A program made the translations under genes and the position numbers. The notes under the pieces are model-generated. The model saw only the letters and a list, made by a program, of their open reading frames with translations. It was not told where the DNA came from and searched no databases. A stretch of DNA of 64,000 bases from Alphaproteobacteria bacterium (lineage in GTDB: Bacteria > Pseudomonadota > Alphaproteobacteria > CASFRQ01 > SAAU01): the NCBI GenBank assembly GCA_009929265.1, contig SAAU01000003.1, positions 17,531-81,530 on the forward strand. The letters are read 5' to 3'. Positions 32,060 through 41,946 of the stretch are shown in pieces. The stretch's first letter is position 1. Every line of letters begins with the position of its first letter.

Positions 32060-33541
32060 ATGCTCTCCTCTCTTCTACATCAAAAGAAAATCCAATTTCT
32101 CTTTGCCTTTCTTTTAGGGGCTTTGAGTGTTCTGGCGTTTCCTCCATTTTCCTATCTTTTTGTTTTATTTGTGAGTATTCCAGGGTTTCTTTTTCTTTTA
32201 GATATGCAAGAAAACAAAAAAGGGGGCTTTTGGGTTGCTTCTTTTTTCGGGTTTTCTCATTTTATCTTTTCCCTTTCATGGATTAGCAACGCGTTGAAGA
32301 TAAGTCCACAATTTGAACCTTTAATTCCAATGGCCCTTATTGCCCCTGCTCTTTTCGGATTTTATGTAGGACTTTCTGGCTTTTTTGCCTGTTTTACCCC
32401 CAAAGGTTTTAAAAGGACACTTGTTTTTGCAATTTTTTGGGGATTTATGGAATGGATACGATCTTTCTTTCTAACTGGATTTTCATGGAATCTTCTTTCC
32501 AGTGTTTGGGTTGAATTTTTACCTATGCTTCAGACGTTAAGCCTTATAGGACCTTATCTTTTGAGCTCTTTGACGCTTCTTTTCTTTGCCCTTCCCCTCT
32601 TTCTTTATAAGAAAAAAGACTATAAAATTTCACTCGGGCTTCTTTTTATCTTTTTAATTTTAAGTCTTTTTGGCTTTGAAAGAATAGCCCCCAATAAGTC
32701 TGTTTTGGGCATTAAGTTAAGGCTTGTTCAACCTAATATTGCCCAAACCGATAAATGGAATAAATCTATTCGTGAAGAAAACTTTATGAAGCAAATAAAG
32801 CTGACCCGAAAAGATATGCCAAAGGATGTCACACATGTTATCTGGCCGGAAGCTTCTATGGATTACTATATGGAAACCCCTCTTTTTCAGGAATTTGTGA
32901 TTACCGCTCTTAACCAAGGACAACGCTTGATTTCAGGCGCCGTTCGTTTAATCGACAGGAAAAAATTAACTGTCGCAAATAGCATTTTAGTCATCAATGA
33001 TTTGGGCTATATTGAAAATGTTTATGATAAACACCATTTGGTTCCTTTTGGCGAATACATCCCCTTAAAAGACTTTCTGCCCTTTCAAAAAATCGTTCAA
33101 AGCCAAGGTGAATTTCAAAAAGGAAATGGCAAAAAGACCTTCTTTCTTCCCAACACACCTCCCGTTGGATTTTCTGTTTGTTATGAAATTATCTTTCCTT
33201 TAGAAGTTATTTCTGCCCCGCGTCCCAAATGGATTTTAAATGTTGCTAATGACGCCTGGTATGGACTTTCAGCAGGGCCTTATCAACATCTAGCCTCTGC
33301 CCAAATGCGCGCGGCGGAAGAAGGCCTCCCCGTTATTCGCGATACAAACTCTGGTATTAGTGCTGTCATCTCTCCTTTTGGAGAAATTCTAAAACAACTC
33401 CCTCTTGGCTCTCAAGGCGTTTTAGACACAACTCTCCCCATGGAAATTCACTCAACTCTTTACAGTAAAACCGGAAATATTCCTCTTTTTTTGGTTGCTT
33501 TTGGAGTTCTTTTATTTCTTTTTTTCAAAAAGAGAGAGTGA
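32060..33541 (+). CDS. lnt: Apolipoprotein N-acyltransferase
   Basis: Multiple N-terminal TM helices followed by a CN-hydrolase domain (VIWPEASMDY...; catalytic Cys region FSVCYEIIFP). Start chosen at 32060. The ORF track gives a start at 32009, which overlaps the upstream gene. Confidence 0.85.
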   Translation: MLSSLLHQKKIQFLFAFLLGALSVLAFPPFSYLFVLFVSIPGFLFLLDMQENKKGGFWVASFFGFSHFIFSLSWISNALKISPQFEPLIPMALIAPALFGFYVGLSGFFACFTPKGFKRTLVFAIFWGFMEWIRSFFLTGFSWNLLSSVWVEFLPMLQTLSLIGPYLLSSLTLLFFALPLFLYKKKDYKISLGLLFIFLILSLFGFERIAPNKSVLGIKLRLVQPNIAQTDKWNKSIREENFMKQIKLTRKDMPKDVTHVIWPEASMDYYMETPLFQEFVITALNQGQRLISGAVRLIDRKKLTVANSILVINDLGYIENVYDKHHLVPFGEYIPLKDFLPFQKIVQSQGEFQKGNGKKTFFLPNTPPVGFSVCYEIIFPLEVISAPRPKWILNVANDAWYGLSAGPYQHLASAQMRAAEEGLPVIRDTNSGISAVISPFGEILKQLPLGSQGVLDTTLPMEIHSTLYSKTGNIPLFLVAFGVLLFLFFKKRE

Positions 33542-33608
33542 TTTTTTGATTGACAGAACTTGAAGTTATGCTATTCTCTAATACAGGTTGAATTTTAAGG
33601 AATATAAA

Positions 33609-34082
33609 ATGGATAAGAAATTTTCTATGCGCGGAAGAACCGCGGACGGCTCTCCAAATCCGATTGACGTTCATGTCGGAATGAAATTAAAAAGCCGTCG
33701 AATCTTATTGGGGTTAAGTCAAGAAAAGCTTGGACAAGCTTTAGGATTGACTTTTCAACAAATACAAAAATACGAAAAAGGTTTAAATCGTATTGGGGCC
33801 AGTCGGCTTTATGATATTGCAAATGTTTTAAACATCTCTATTCAATACTTTTTCGAAGATATTTCTGAAGAAGTTGGAAAACTTAGTCCGCGAAACATTA
33901 CTGACGCGGAAGTGCCTTATGCCCTTGAAGAACAAACAAAAATGTTTAAGGGAAATCTTTTTAATAAGAAAGAAACTTTAGAGCTTCTTCGCGCCTATTA
34001 TTCTATTGAAAACAGAACGATTGCTCAAAAAGTCTTAAATCTTGTTAAGTCTTTAAGTGCGAATCCAGAAGAAGATGCTTAA
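33609..34082 (+). CDS. XRE-family helix-turn-helix transcriptional regulator
   Basis: VGMKLKSRRILLGLSQEKLGQALGLTFQQIQKYEKGLNRI is an HTH_XRE. An AAGGA RBS precedes the ATG at 33609. Confidence 0.6.
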   Translation: MDKKFSMRGRTADGSPNPIDVHVGMKLKSRRILLGLSQEKLGQALGLTFQQIQKYEKGLNRIGASRLYDIANVLNISIQYFFEDISEEVGKLSPRNITDAEVPYALEEQTKMFKGNLFNKKETLELLRAYYSIENRTIAQKVLNLVKSLSANPEEDA

Positions 34083-34102
34083 GAAACCCATTTAAAGAAA
34101 AT

Positions 34103-34131
34103 GCCTTTTGATTTTTCAAAAGGCTTTTTTT
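34103..34131. terminator. Bidirectional rho-independent terminator between convergent genes
   Basis: gcctttt-gatttttc-aaaaggc perfect 7-bp stem followed by T7. Confidence 0.6.
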
Positions 34132-34151
34132 ATGGGTAAAATTTAGAAGAA

Positions 34152-35132
34152 TCAATAGAAAGAAGGGCTATAAAAAACACCCTTATCTTTATAAAGCTTG
34201 TTGATTCCCCTTTTAATTTGAAAGGGACTTGCTATCGTTCTTTGATAAAGCTCAGCATAATTTCCATGCTTTAAGATTTCCTTAAAGAAGATCCGTTTGG
34301 AAAGCCCTAACGAAGTTGCCACATTGTCTGTTTCTCCTAAAAAAGACATCAATTCAATATCTTTTTGAGATTGAAAATCAAATATGTTTTGGCTTGTTAT
34401 TCCCTTTTCTTCTGCAAAAAACAAAGCCGAAATCAACGCATTGATTAAATATTTTGCATTTTTATCTTCCTGTCTGATAACAGGGGCAAAGGAAACACGT
34501 CCAATCGAATCAGGAAATACAGCCACATTTTTTAGAGTCCCTAATTTTTCGGATTTTAAGGCAATTTCGTAATTGGCATATAAAGAGCATTGCTTGGCCT
34601 TTAAAAGAGCCTCTGCCGCTTTAACCCCAGGCACTGGAATGATTTTAAGATCCAGATTTTTGGCTTTATTTACTCTATCTACAGCCATTAAAACAGGGAA
34701 GATTTGATAAACACAAACAGATTCTCTTTTAAAATCTTCCAAACTTTTTTTATTCGCATCAAAAAAAGTCAAAAACTTAATATCGGAAAAAAAGTAAGGC
34801 ATTAAAGACTCTGTTTCATACAGAGATTCTTTTTTAAGGCTTTTCGAGCTCATCCCTAAAAGGACATCAACTTCTTTATTTCTTAAAAGCTCGAACCTGT
34901 TTTTTCCTTCAATATCAACCAGTTTTACAGAAGCTTCCTCCCCTAAAATACTTTCAGAAATCATCTGACAAAGCTCTAATTCCATCCCTTTGTCGGGAAG
35001 CGAAGCCATTGTTTTGCTTTCAAAATCAACCCCACAAGAAAGGCTGCCTTTATTTTGAATATCTGAGATAAAATCGGCTCGAGCTGAAAAAGCACACAGT
35101 AAACCTAGGAAAAGAACAAAATATTTTTTCAT
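34152..35132 (-). CDS. ABC-transporter substrate-binding protein, family 3 (polar amino acid type)
   Basis: Signal peptide followed by an SBP_bac_3-like periplasmic domain. 326 aa. Confidence 0.55.
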   Translation of the reverse strand: MKKYFVLFLGLLCAFSARADFISDIQNKGSLSCGVDFESKTMASLPDKGMELELCQMISESILGEEASVKLVDIEGKNRFELLRNKEVDVLLGMSSKSLKKESLYETESLMPYFFSDIKFLTFFDANKKSLEDFKRESVCVYQIFPVLMAVDRVNKAKNLDLKIIPVPGVKAAEALLKAKQCSLYANYEIALKSEKLGTLKNVAVFPDSIGRVSFAPVIRQEDKNAKYLINALISALFFAEEKGITSQNIFDFQSQKDIELMSFLGETDNVATSLGLSKRIFFKEILKHGNYAELYQRTIASPFQIKRGINKLYKDKGVFYSPSFY

Positions 35133-35271
35133 AAAAACTCCTTAAACATCTTGTTTCAAGAATGCGAATTTTTATTATTTTTGTCAATGAAATATTTGTT
35201 TTTTTGTTTGCTTTGTTTTTTATTCTTCATTATACTTTTCTTACCATATATATAAAAACAAGGAGCGTTTC

Positions 35272-36261
35272 ATGCCAAAAATTTCAGTTATTATTCCGCT
35301 TTACAATGCAAAAAATTATTTAAGAGCTTGCCTAGATTCTGTTCAAAACCAAACCTTCACGGACTTTGAATGCCTTTGTGTTAATGATGGATCAAAGGAT
35401 GAAACCCCTCAAATTGTTGAAGAATATGTCAAGAAAGACCCGCGTTTCCGCCTCATTACAAAGGTGAATGCAGGCTGTTCTATGGCTAGAAATACAGGAA
35501 TTGATGAAGCTAAAGCTCCTTACATTTGTTTTTTAGATCAAGATGATATGTATCACCCTCAAGCTTTAGAACTTCTTTACCATTTAATTGAAAAAGAAAA
35601 TGCAGATGTGGCTTCTTTCAAATACAAATCTGTCCCTGACGAATTTGTCATGCCAAAAGATTTAGAAATGAAAGATGTTAAAACTGTTCCTTATAAAGTC
35701 ATTACAGATCCGTATCACTACTTTATGGCGGATCAAAAAGGGCACGGATCCCAAGTTGAAATTTGGGTGCGTATTTATAAAAGGGAATCTGTAAAAGGCC
35801 TTTATTTTCCAAAAGACATTCAACCTACAGAAGATACAATCTATTCTTTACGTGTGATGAATCGCATTAAGAAGTTTGTTTTAACGCAAGAAGAATATTT
35901 ATTCTATCGCATTTCAAAAACATCCATTATGCAACAAGGCACAACGAATAAATATATCTTGCGTCATACGATGGCCGGTCAAGTTTTACATGATGATTTT
36001 GTGGCCTCTCACATTTTATCTGAAGAAGACGAAAAAGTGATGCGGAAATATATTGCAAGAATGCTTTATAAAACCTGCATCTCACAACCTTTGCGCCGCC
36101 GTAAAACGGACAAGAAAGAAGGCTTTATGTATTCTTACAGCCTCTTAAAACCGCTTTTGGATAAGAGGGTTTTCTCGCCTTGCTTATTAAAAAGACGTCA
36201 CGCAATATGTATCTATTTCTTTATGAAAAAATGCTTTAGATTAGCACATCTTTTCGTCTAA
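35272..36261 (+). CDS. Glycosyltransferase family 2
   Basis: ISVIIPLYNAKNYLRACLDSVQNQTFTDFECLCVNDGSKDET...FLDQDDM is a GT2 (DxD) fold. Confidence 0.7.
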   Translation: MPKISVIIPLYNAKNYLRACLDSVQNQTFTDFECLCVNDGSKDETPQIVEEYVKKDPRFRLITKVNAGCSMARNTGIDEAKAPYICFLDQDDMYHPQALELLYHLIEKENADVASFKYKSVPDEFVMPKDLEMKDVKTVPYKVITDPYHYFMADQKGHGSQVEIWVRIYKRESVKGLYFPKDIQPTEDTIYSLRVMNRIKKFVLTQEEYLFYRISKTSIMQQGTTNKYILRHTMAGQVLHDDFVASHILSEEDEKVMRKYIARMLYKTCISQPLRRRKTDKKEGFMYSYSLLKPLLDKRVFSPCLLKRRHAICIYFFMKKCFRLAHLFV

Positions 36262-36285
36262 ACGGATAACTTTACTTCTAAAAAA

Positions 36286-36317
36286 AGCTTCCCTATTTAT
36301 GATAAGGAAGCTTTTTT
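36286..36317. terminator. Bidirectional terminator between the GT2 gene and rfbB
   Basis: agcttcc-loop-ggaagct perfect stem with T-runs on both strands. Confidence 0.55.
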
Positions 36318-36331
36318 CGTGTCAAAAATAC

Positions 36332-37348
36332 TTATCTTTGGTTTTCTAAATACCATTCAACGGTTTTCAAAATCCCTGTGTCAAAGTTTTCATCTGCCTT
36401 CCAATGAAGAAGGGTTGAAATCTTTGTCGCATCAATCGCATAACGCATATCGTGCCCTGGGCGATCCGGCACAAAAGTCATCAACTCGGAATGCTTTTTC
36501 CCATTTTTGCGTGGAGACTTCTCATCCAAAATCTGGCAAATAGCGCTTACAATTTCTAAGTTATTCCGTTCGTTATGACCGCCGACATTATAGGTCTCAC
36601 CTGCTTTTCCTGTATGAAAAACCAAATCAATCGCCTTACAATGATCCAAAACATAAAGCCAATCCCTCACATTTTTCCCATTGCCATAGATAGGAATATT
36701 TTCTTCTTTCAAGCATTTTTCAATCACTTTTGGAATTAGCTTTTCTGGATGTTGCTTTGGCCCATAGTTATTGGAGCAATTTGAAATTGTCGTATCCATG
36801 CCATAGGTTTTAAAATACGCATGAACAATCATATCAGAAGAGGCTTTACTTGCCGAATAAGGAGAACTTGGCGCAAAAGGCGTTTCTTCTGTGAAAAAGC
36901 CTGTTTGGCCTAATGCCCCATAAACTTCATCTGTAGAGATATGATGAAAACGACACCCTTCATACCCTTTTTTATACTCATGAGGCCCCTGCATCCAATG
37001 CAAACGCGCTGCATCTAAGAGATTAAACGTTCCTCCGATATTCGTATCGATAAACGCCTTGGGCCCTGTGATAGAATTATCGACATGAGATTCGGCTGCA
37101 AAATGAATAACCCCTCTAAAATCATACTTTTCAAAAAGAGAGTTAAGTAAAGCTCTATCGCAAATATCTCCTTGAACAAAAGTATAATTCTCTCTATTTT
37201 CACATTCTTTTAAGTTTTCCAAATTTCCCGCATAAGTCAACTTATCCAAATTAACGATATGATAGGTTGGATATTTTTCAGTAAAATACGGCAAGAAGTT
37301 GGAGCCAATAAAGCCCGCCCCACCTGTCACAAGAATAGATTTCTTCAT
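36332..37348 (-). CDS. rfbB: dTDP-glucose 4,6-dehydratase
   Basis: MKKSILVTGGAGFIGSNF (Rossmann fold) and the YSASKASSD catalytic motif. Confidence 0.92.
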   Translation of the reverse strand: MKKSILVTGGAGFIGSNFLPYFTEKYPTYHIVNLDKLTYAGNLENLKECENRENYTFVQGDICDRALLNSLFEKYDFRGVIHFAAESHVDNSITGPKAFIDTNIGGTFNLLDAARLHWMQGPHEYKKGYEGCRFHHISTDEVYGALGQTGFFTEETPFAPSSPYSASKASSDMIVHAYFKTYGMDTTISNCSNNYGPKQHPEKLIPKVIEKCLKEENIPIYGNGKNVRDWLYVLDHCKAIDLVFHTGKAGETYNVGGHNERNNLEIVSAICQILDEKSPRKNGKKHSELMTFVPDRPGHDMRYAIDATKISTLLHWKADENFDTGILKTVEWYLENQR

Positions 37349-37351
37349 ATC

Positions 37352-38191
37352 TTATTCTCCTTTTTCTTCTAACAAAGTAATACATTTTTCAAGAGACTCT
37401 CTCCAATATGGAATCTCCACTTGATACGCCTCTTTTATGGCTCTTTTATTCAAAACACTAAAGCAAGGACGCGTCGCCTTTGTCTTATATTCAAAACTTT
37501 CAATCGGCAGCACATGGCAAGAAATCCCGCTTAAGCGCATAATTTCTGTGGCAAAATCATACCAAGAGCACACCCCTTCATTGGAATAGTTAAAGATCTT
37601 CTTTTCCCCTTCTTTGATTTGAGGCAAGATCTTATAAATCGCCCTTGCTAAATCCAAAGCAAAAGTTGGGGAGCCTACTTGATCAAAAATCACGGTTAGC
37701 GTTTCTCTCTCTTTTCCAAGGCGTCTCATTGTTTTGACAAAGTTATTCCCATAAGGCGAATATAGCCAACTTGTCCTTAAAATCAGAACTGTTTTAGCTT
37801 CTTTTAAAAGCAAATCTTCACATTCGGCTTTTGTTTTTCCATAAACTGAAAGAGGACATTTTTCATCCCCTTCTTTACACGGCGTGGACTTTAACCCACC
37901 AAAGACATAATCTGTTGAAATTTGAACAAGCTTTGCGCCTGTTTTTGCCAAATTTAAAGGCCCTAAAACATTAACTTTATAAGCCCTTTCTTCGTCATCT
38001 TCGGCTTTATCAACCGCTGTATAGGCCGCACAGTTGATAATTTCCGTCACTTGGTTAGATTTTACAAAGTCTGCTACCTCTTTTTCATCTGTGATGTCAA
38101 GCTCTTCCACATCTGTAAAAAGGGCATCAGGATAAAGCTCTTTTAATGTTTGTCCTAATTGACCTTTAGAACCTGTAACTAGAAGCATCAT
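37352..38191 (-). CDS. rfbD: dTDP-4-dehydrorhamnose reductase
   Basis: MMLLVTGSKGQLGQ...YSPYGKTK, RmlD-like. It follows rfbC with an overlap. Confidence 0.85.
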   Translation of the reverse strand: MMLLVTGSKGQLGQTLKELYPDALFTDVEELDITDEKEVADFVKSNQVTEIINCAAYTAVDKAEDDEERAYKVNVLGPLNLAKTGAKLVQISTDYVFGGLKSTPCKEGDEKCPLSVYGKTKAECEDLLLKEAKTVLILRTSWLYSPYGNNFVKTMRRLGKERETLTVIFDQVGSPTFALDLARAIYKILPQIKEGEKKIFNYSNEGVCSWYDFATEIMRLSGISCHVLPIESFEYKTKATRPCFSVLNKRAIKEAYQVEIPYWRESLEKCITLLEEKGE

Positions 38192-38717
38192 TTATCCCTT
38201 TCCATAATTTATCTTTATCAGAAATAATCCATTTATCTTCTGGAACTTTCCAATCAATACCTAAATCTTTATCGGCAAAATAAACCCCGCCTTCACTTTC
38301 CTTATTGTAGAAATTATCGCATTTATAAGTAAACACGGCCTGTTCACTTAATACAGAAAAGCCATGCGCAAATCCTCTTGGAACATAAAGCTGATAATTA
38401 TTTTCCTCAGAAAGCTCTTCTGCAACATATTGGCCAAAAGTAGGTGAATTTTTCCTTAAATCCACAATAACATCTAACACTTTTCCTTTTAAGACTCGAA
38501 TAAGTTTTGATTGGGCAAATTCGCCTTTTTGAAAATGAAGCCCCCGAACAACCCCATAAGAGGAAGAGGAAATATTATCTTGAACAAATTCGTCTTTAAT
38601 GCCAACTTTTTCAAACTCTTTTTTGGAATAGGATTCGAAAAAGAACCCTCTTGAATCTTTATAAATCGTTGGTTTAATCAGGAAAACACCTTTAATTTCT
38701 TTTTCTTCAAATATCAT
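38166..38717 (-). CDS. rfbC: dTDP-4-dehydrorhamnose 3,5-epimerase
   Basis: Cupin RmlC motifs: RGLHFQ, PRGFAHGF. Confidence 0.9.
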   Translation of the reverse strand: MIFEEKEIKGVFLIKPTIYKDSRGFFFESYSKKEFEKVGIKDEFVQDNISSSSYGVVRGLHFQKGEFAQSKLIRVLKGKVLDVIVDLRKNSPTFGQYVAEELSEENNYQLYVPRGFAHGFSVLSEQAVFTYKCDNFYNKESEGGVYFADKDLGIDWKVPEDKWIISDKDKLWKGINDASSYRF

Positions 38718-38719
38718 TT

Positions 38720-39595
38720 TTAGTCCTCTAATAAGAGATTTTTTAAGTATTGTTTGTATTCAATATCGGCTTTTATTTCATCTATTAACCCTTGAAGCTC
38801 CTCTTTAGTGATAAAGCCGCAACGATACGCAATTTCCTCAAGACAAGCCACCTTTAAGCCTTGCCGTTTTTCAAAGATTTGAACAAATTGCCCCGCATCC
38901 ATCAAGCTTTCCGGCGTTCCCGCATCCAACCAAGCATTTCCACGCTTCATTTGAACAACCTTCATCCGGCCTTCTTTTAGGAACATATTACTAATGTCTG
39001 TAATCTCAAGCTCCCCTCTTTTAGAAGGCGTTAATTTTTTAGCTTTCTCCACCACATCTTTGGGATAGAAGTAAAGCCCAACAGAGACATAATTTGACTT
39101 TGGATTTTCAGGCTTTTCTTCAATGGAAAGCACATTGTCGTCTTTGTCAAACTCAATCACGCCAAAATGCTTTGGATTAGATACATGATAGGCAAAAATG
39201 GTCGACACTTTCCCTTCGTTCTTATAAACCTCTTCCTTAAAGTGGTTAAATTGCCCGCCCATATAGAAAATATTATCCCCTAAGATAAGGCAAACATCTT
39301 CGTCAATAAAATCATCGGCGATAATAAAAGCCTCTGCAATTCCTTTAGGTTGATTTTGAATTCTATATTCAAGGTGAAGCCCCAATTTATGCCCATCGCC
39401 TAAAAGACGTTGGATATAAGGGGTATCTTCAGGGGTTGAAATAATCACAATATCACGAATGCCAAAAAGCATAAGAGTCGAAAGCGGATAGTAAATCATT
39501 GGCTTATTGTAAACAGGTAAAATATTTTTACTGACGGCTTTTGTTAAAGGATAAAGGCGAGAGCCTGTCCCTCCTGCAAGTAAGATTCCTTTCAT
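38720..39595 (-). CDS. rfbA: Glucose-1-phosphate thymidylyltransferase
   Basis: MKGILLAGGTGSRLYPLT. Start chosen at the Met after an AGGAGA RBS. The ORF-track start upstream runs into the IS. Confidence 0.92.
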   Translation of the reverse strand: MKGILLAGGTGSRLYPLTKAVSKNILPVYNKPMIYYPLSTLMLFGIRDIVIISTPEDTPYIQRLLGDGHKLGLHLEYRIQNQPKGIAEAFIIADDFIDEDVCLILGDNIFYMGGQFNHFKEEVYKNEGKVSTIFAYHVSNPKHFGVIEFDKDDNVLSIEEKPENPKSNYVSVGLYFYPKDVVEKAKKLTPSKRGELEITDISNMFLKEGRMKVVQMKRGNAWLDAGTPESLMDAGQFVQIFEKRQGLKVACLEEIAYRCGFITKEELQGLIDEIKADIEYKQYLKNLLLED

Positions 39596-39677
39596 AGAAA
39601 TTCTCCTAAAATATTTCTTAACGTATTTAATCTTTAGCATACAAAAAATGGAAGGAAAAGGATTTTTATAAAAAAAA

Positions 39678-40389
39678 GGCTCTTGACTAGCACTTTTTGT
39701 ATTTGTTGAACAATTTTGTAAGGATTTTTTGTAAATCCTTATCCCTATTATTATACCTAAACTCACATTCTTTCAAGTGATAAATGAAAGCTTCATCTTT
39801 AAGTCCATTGAATTTCGTAAGTCTGCGCTTAGCAAAGCTCCAAAAAGCTTCGATACCGTTAACATGGCTCTTACCCCGTGCGAACTCATTATGGCTATGG
39901 AACACGCGATAGTGGTCATACCCGTTCAAAACTAAGCCATCATAGGCCTTCCAGCCATCCGTATGTATAGTCGAACCTTCCAATATTTTGCCTTGAATAA
40001 TAGGCAAAAGTTCTTCCCTAGAACAATTCGGTACGATATTCACAAACACCTGCCCATTCCTTTTTAAAAGCCCAAAAACAGGTGTTTTACCAGCCGCTCC
40101 ACGTCCTCGTTTGCCACGCACCCGTCGAGCACCAAAATAGCTTTCATCAAGTTCAAATATTCCAAAATCACGGGAATTTTCTTCAAAGCTTTGGCGTAAA
40201 ATTATATCACGAAAATGATTGTAGTAGAGATTGATAGTATTGCGATTCAAGTTCAAAATTTTGCTTGCGGAAGACGCTGTAATATCTTCACAAAAATATA
40301 AAATAATACGACCTATTTTATAACTACTTAATCTACTGAATTTTATCATTATTTATCTTAACTGCCTTCTTTTTGCTAGTCAAGAGCCA
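39678..40389 (-). mobile_element. Complete IS1595-family insertion sequence (~712 bp) with 15-bp perfect terminal inverted repeats and an 8-bp A-tract target-site duplication
   Basis: The left end ggctcttgactagca (39678-39692) is the exact reverse complement of tgctagtcaagagcc (40375-40389). It is flanked by aaaaaaaa on the left and aaaaaaaa(a) on the right. A single transposase ORF lies inside. Confidence 0.7.
39687..40349 (-). CDS. IS1595-family (ISXO2-like DDE) transposase, 220 aa, apparently lacking the N-terminal Zn-ribbon seen in longer family members
   Basis: ASSASKILNLNRNTINLYYNHFRD...FELDESYFGARRVRGKRGRGAAGKTPVFGLLKRNGQV...GSTIHTDGWKAYDGL...HSHNEFARGKSHVNGIEAFWSFAKRRL matches the characteristic DDE_Tnp_IS1595 pattern. 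Confidence 0.7.
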   Translation of the reverse strand: MIKFSRLSSYKIGRIILYFCEDITASSASKILNLNRNTINLYYNHFRDIILRQSFEENSRDFGIFELDESYFGARRVRGKRGRGAAGKTPVFGLLKRNGQVFVNIVPNCSREELLPIIQGKILEGSTIHTDGWKAYDGLVLNGYDHYRVFHSHNEFARGKSHVNGIEAFWSFAKRRLTKFNGLKDEAFIYHLKECEFRYNNRDKDLQKILTKLFNKYKKC

Positions 40390-40467
40390 AAAAAAAATAT
40401 TTAAGAAAACTAAAAAATTTCTTGCTTTTTGAAAAAAGATGCGTTATAAATTTCCTCGTTTTAGGAC

Positions 40468-40543
<76 letters not shown>

Positions 40544-40668
40544 TAAAACAAAAGATGGATAGAAATACCCATCTTTTTTTATGCCTAATTTCCTGGCAAC
40601 TTCCTCAACTATAAATTTATATATATTTTTTTATAAAAACTATATCTATCGTTATAATCTTATTACAA

Positions 40669-41619
40669 TTATTTGTTTTTTAACATAATTTTAAATAATT
40701 TTTGATTTTCCCAATTTTCAGGAAACCCCATATCTTTATAGTTAATTTTATCTTCTGATAGCTCTTTATATTTATCAATTAAATTTTTTATTAATGTACA
40801 AAATTTACTTTTTGGATCAATAACCAAAAGATATAAAGATATAATATAAAAAATTGGATATAACCTATCTGTCCTTCCAAACTTAACACTAAAACAACTT
40901 AAAGAAGTATTGTATAAAGCTATATTCTTTGGTTTAATTGAAATTTTTTTATCGTATAATCTTGAATAATGCGCACAAATATTTCTGATATAGGATAATA
41001 CATGTAAAGAATTTTGAAAAAATTTACTATTCATTTCAAATGCCATTGCGATTCTTTTTTTATCCTCTTTTTTAAGATAGCTAAAGATATGAGAAATTTG
41101 ACCAAATGCTAAAAATTGATCTACCATCCAAAAAGGCAGCCCTTTATTTGAATATTTATTATGAAAATCTTTTAAAATCTTGTTTTTCTTATTAGAACTT
41201 TTCTCCAATTCTTCCTTAATTATGGCAATGGGATCATTAAAATTTTCTTTTTTACATTGATAATTACCAAAATCCATATACCAATAAGGACCAACTGTAT
41301 TACACATATAATAAGAAATATGCGTACTGATAGAAATTTCAATTTTTTCTAGAGCGTCTAGAATTAAAGACCTAAGTTTTGAATCGAAACGATAAAAATT
41401 TATAACTTCTTCAAATGAAATATTCTCTTTGAATAAATTCTTTTCTGTTGACTTATCCTGATACTTGAACCAATATCCTGATAACCTATAATACCCAATA
41501 TGAAATAAACATCTTCTTGCATATTCTTTGTCTTTAATCTTCATATTTCGAGATTCAAGTAAAGAAACCTGTTCTTCTATCGTTAATGCAGGTTTGTTAA
41601 AATTTATTTTATTATCCAT
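40669..41619 (-). CDS. Abi_2-family (AbiD/AbiD1/AbiF-like) abortive-infection protein
   Basis: 316 aa. The conserved C-terminal motif LSYIRNICAHYSRLYDKK matches Y..RN..AH..RLW/Y of Abi_2, and the N-terminus GYYRLSGYWFKYQ is also family-typical. The gene sits in an extremely AT-rich islet directly 3' of tRNA-Lys. Confidence 0.6.
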   Translation of the reverse strand: MDNKINFNKPALTIEEQVSLLESRNMKIKDKEYARRCLFHIGYYRLSGYWFKYQDKSTEKNLFKENISFEEVINFYRFDSKLRSLILDALEKIEISISTHISYYMCNTVGPYWYMDFGNYQCKKENFNDPIAIIKEELEKSSNKKNKILKDFHNKYSNKGLPFWMVDQFLAFGQISHIFSYLKKEDKKRIAMAFEMNSKFFQNSLHVLSYIRNICAHYSRLYDKKISIKPKNIALYNTSLSCFSVKFGRTDRLYPIFYIISLYLLVIDPKSKFCTLIKNLIDKYKELSEDKINYKDMGFPENWENQKLFKIMLKNK

Positions 41620-41946
41620 GAAAATTTCTCTAGATAAAATTAAACCCCTCCATGGCTTTCACATCATCAATCTCTAAGATTGAGCTAAGTGGGAGGGGTG
41701 CGTTAGATATATTTATATTATACTTTTGTAAAAAAGTCAATTACTTTTTTACAAAAGTGTTAAACAACTCAAAAAGAAAGGTCTTAAAAATTTAATAAAA
41801 AACTTTTTAAGTTTATTTATACGTTTTTTAATTTCAACCCCTCTCTTAGTTTTTATATAAAAATTGAAATTGTAAAAAAACATTCACTTTACTTTTTTCG
41901 AATCTTCTATATTATTTTATGGTAGAAGAGGAGAACAGGTAAAAAA

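Noticed and set aside
36319-36543. 74-aa plus-strand ORF
   Set aside because: It is entirely antisense to the 3' end of rfbB, a well-supported gene, and has no RBS.
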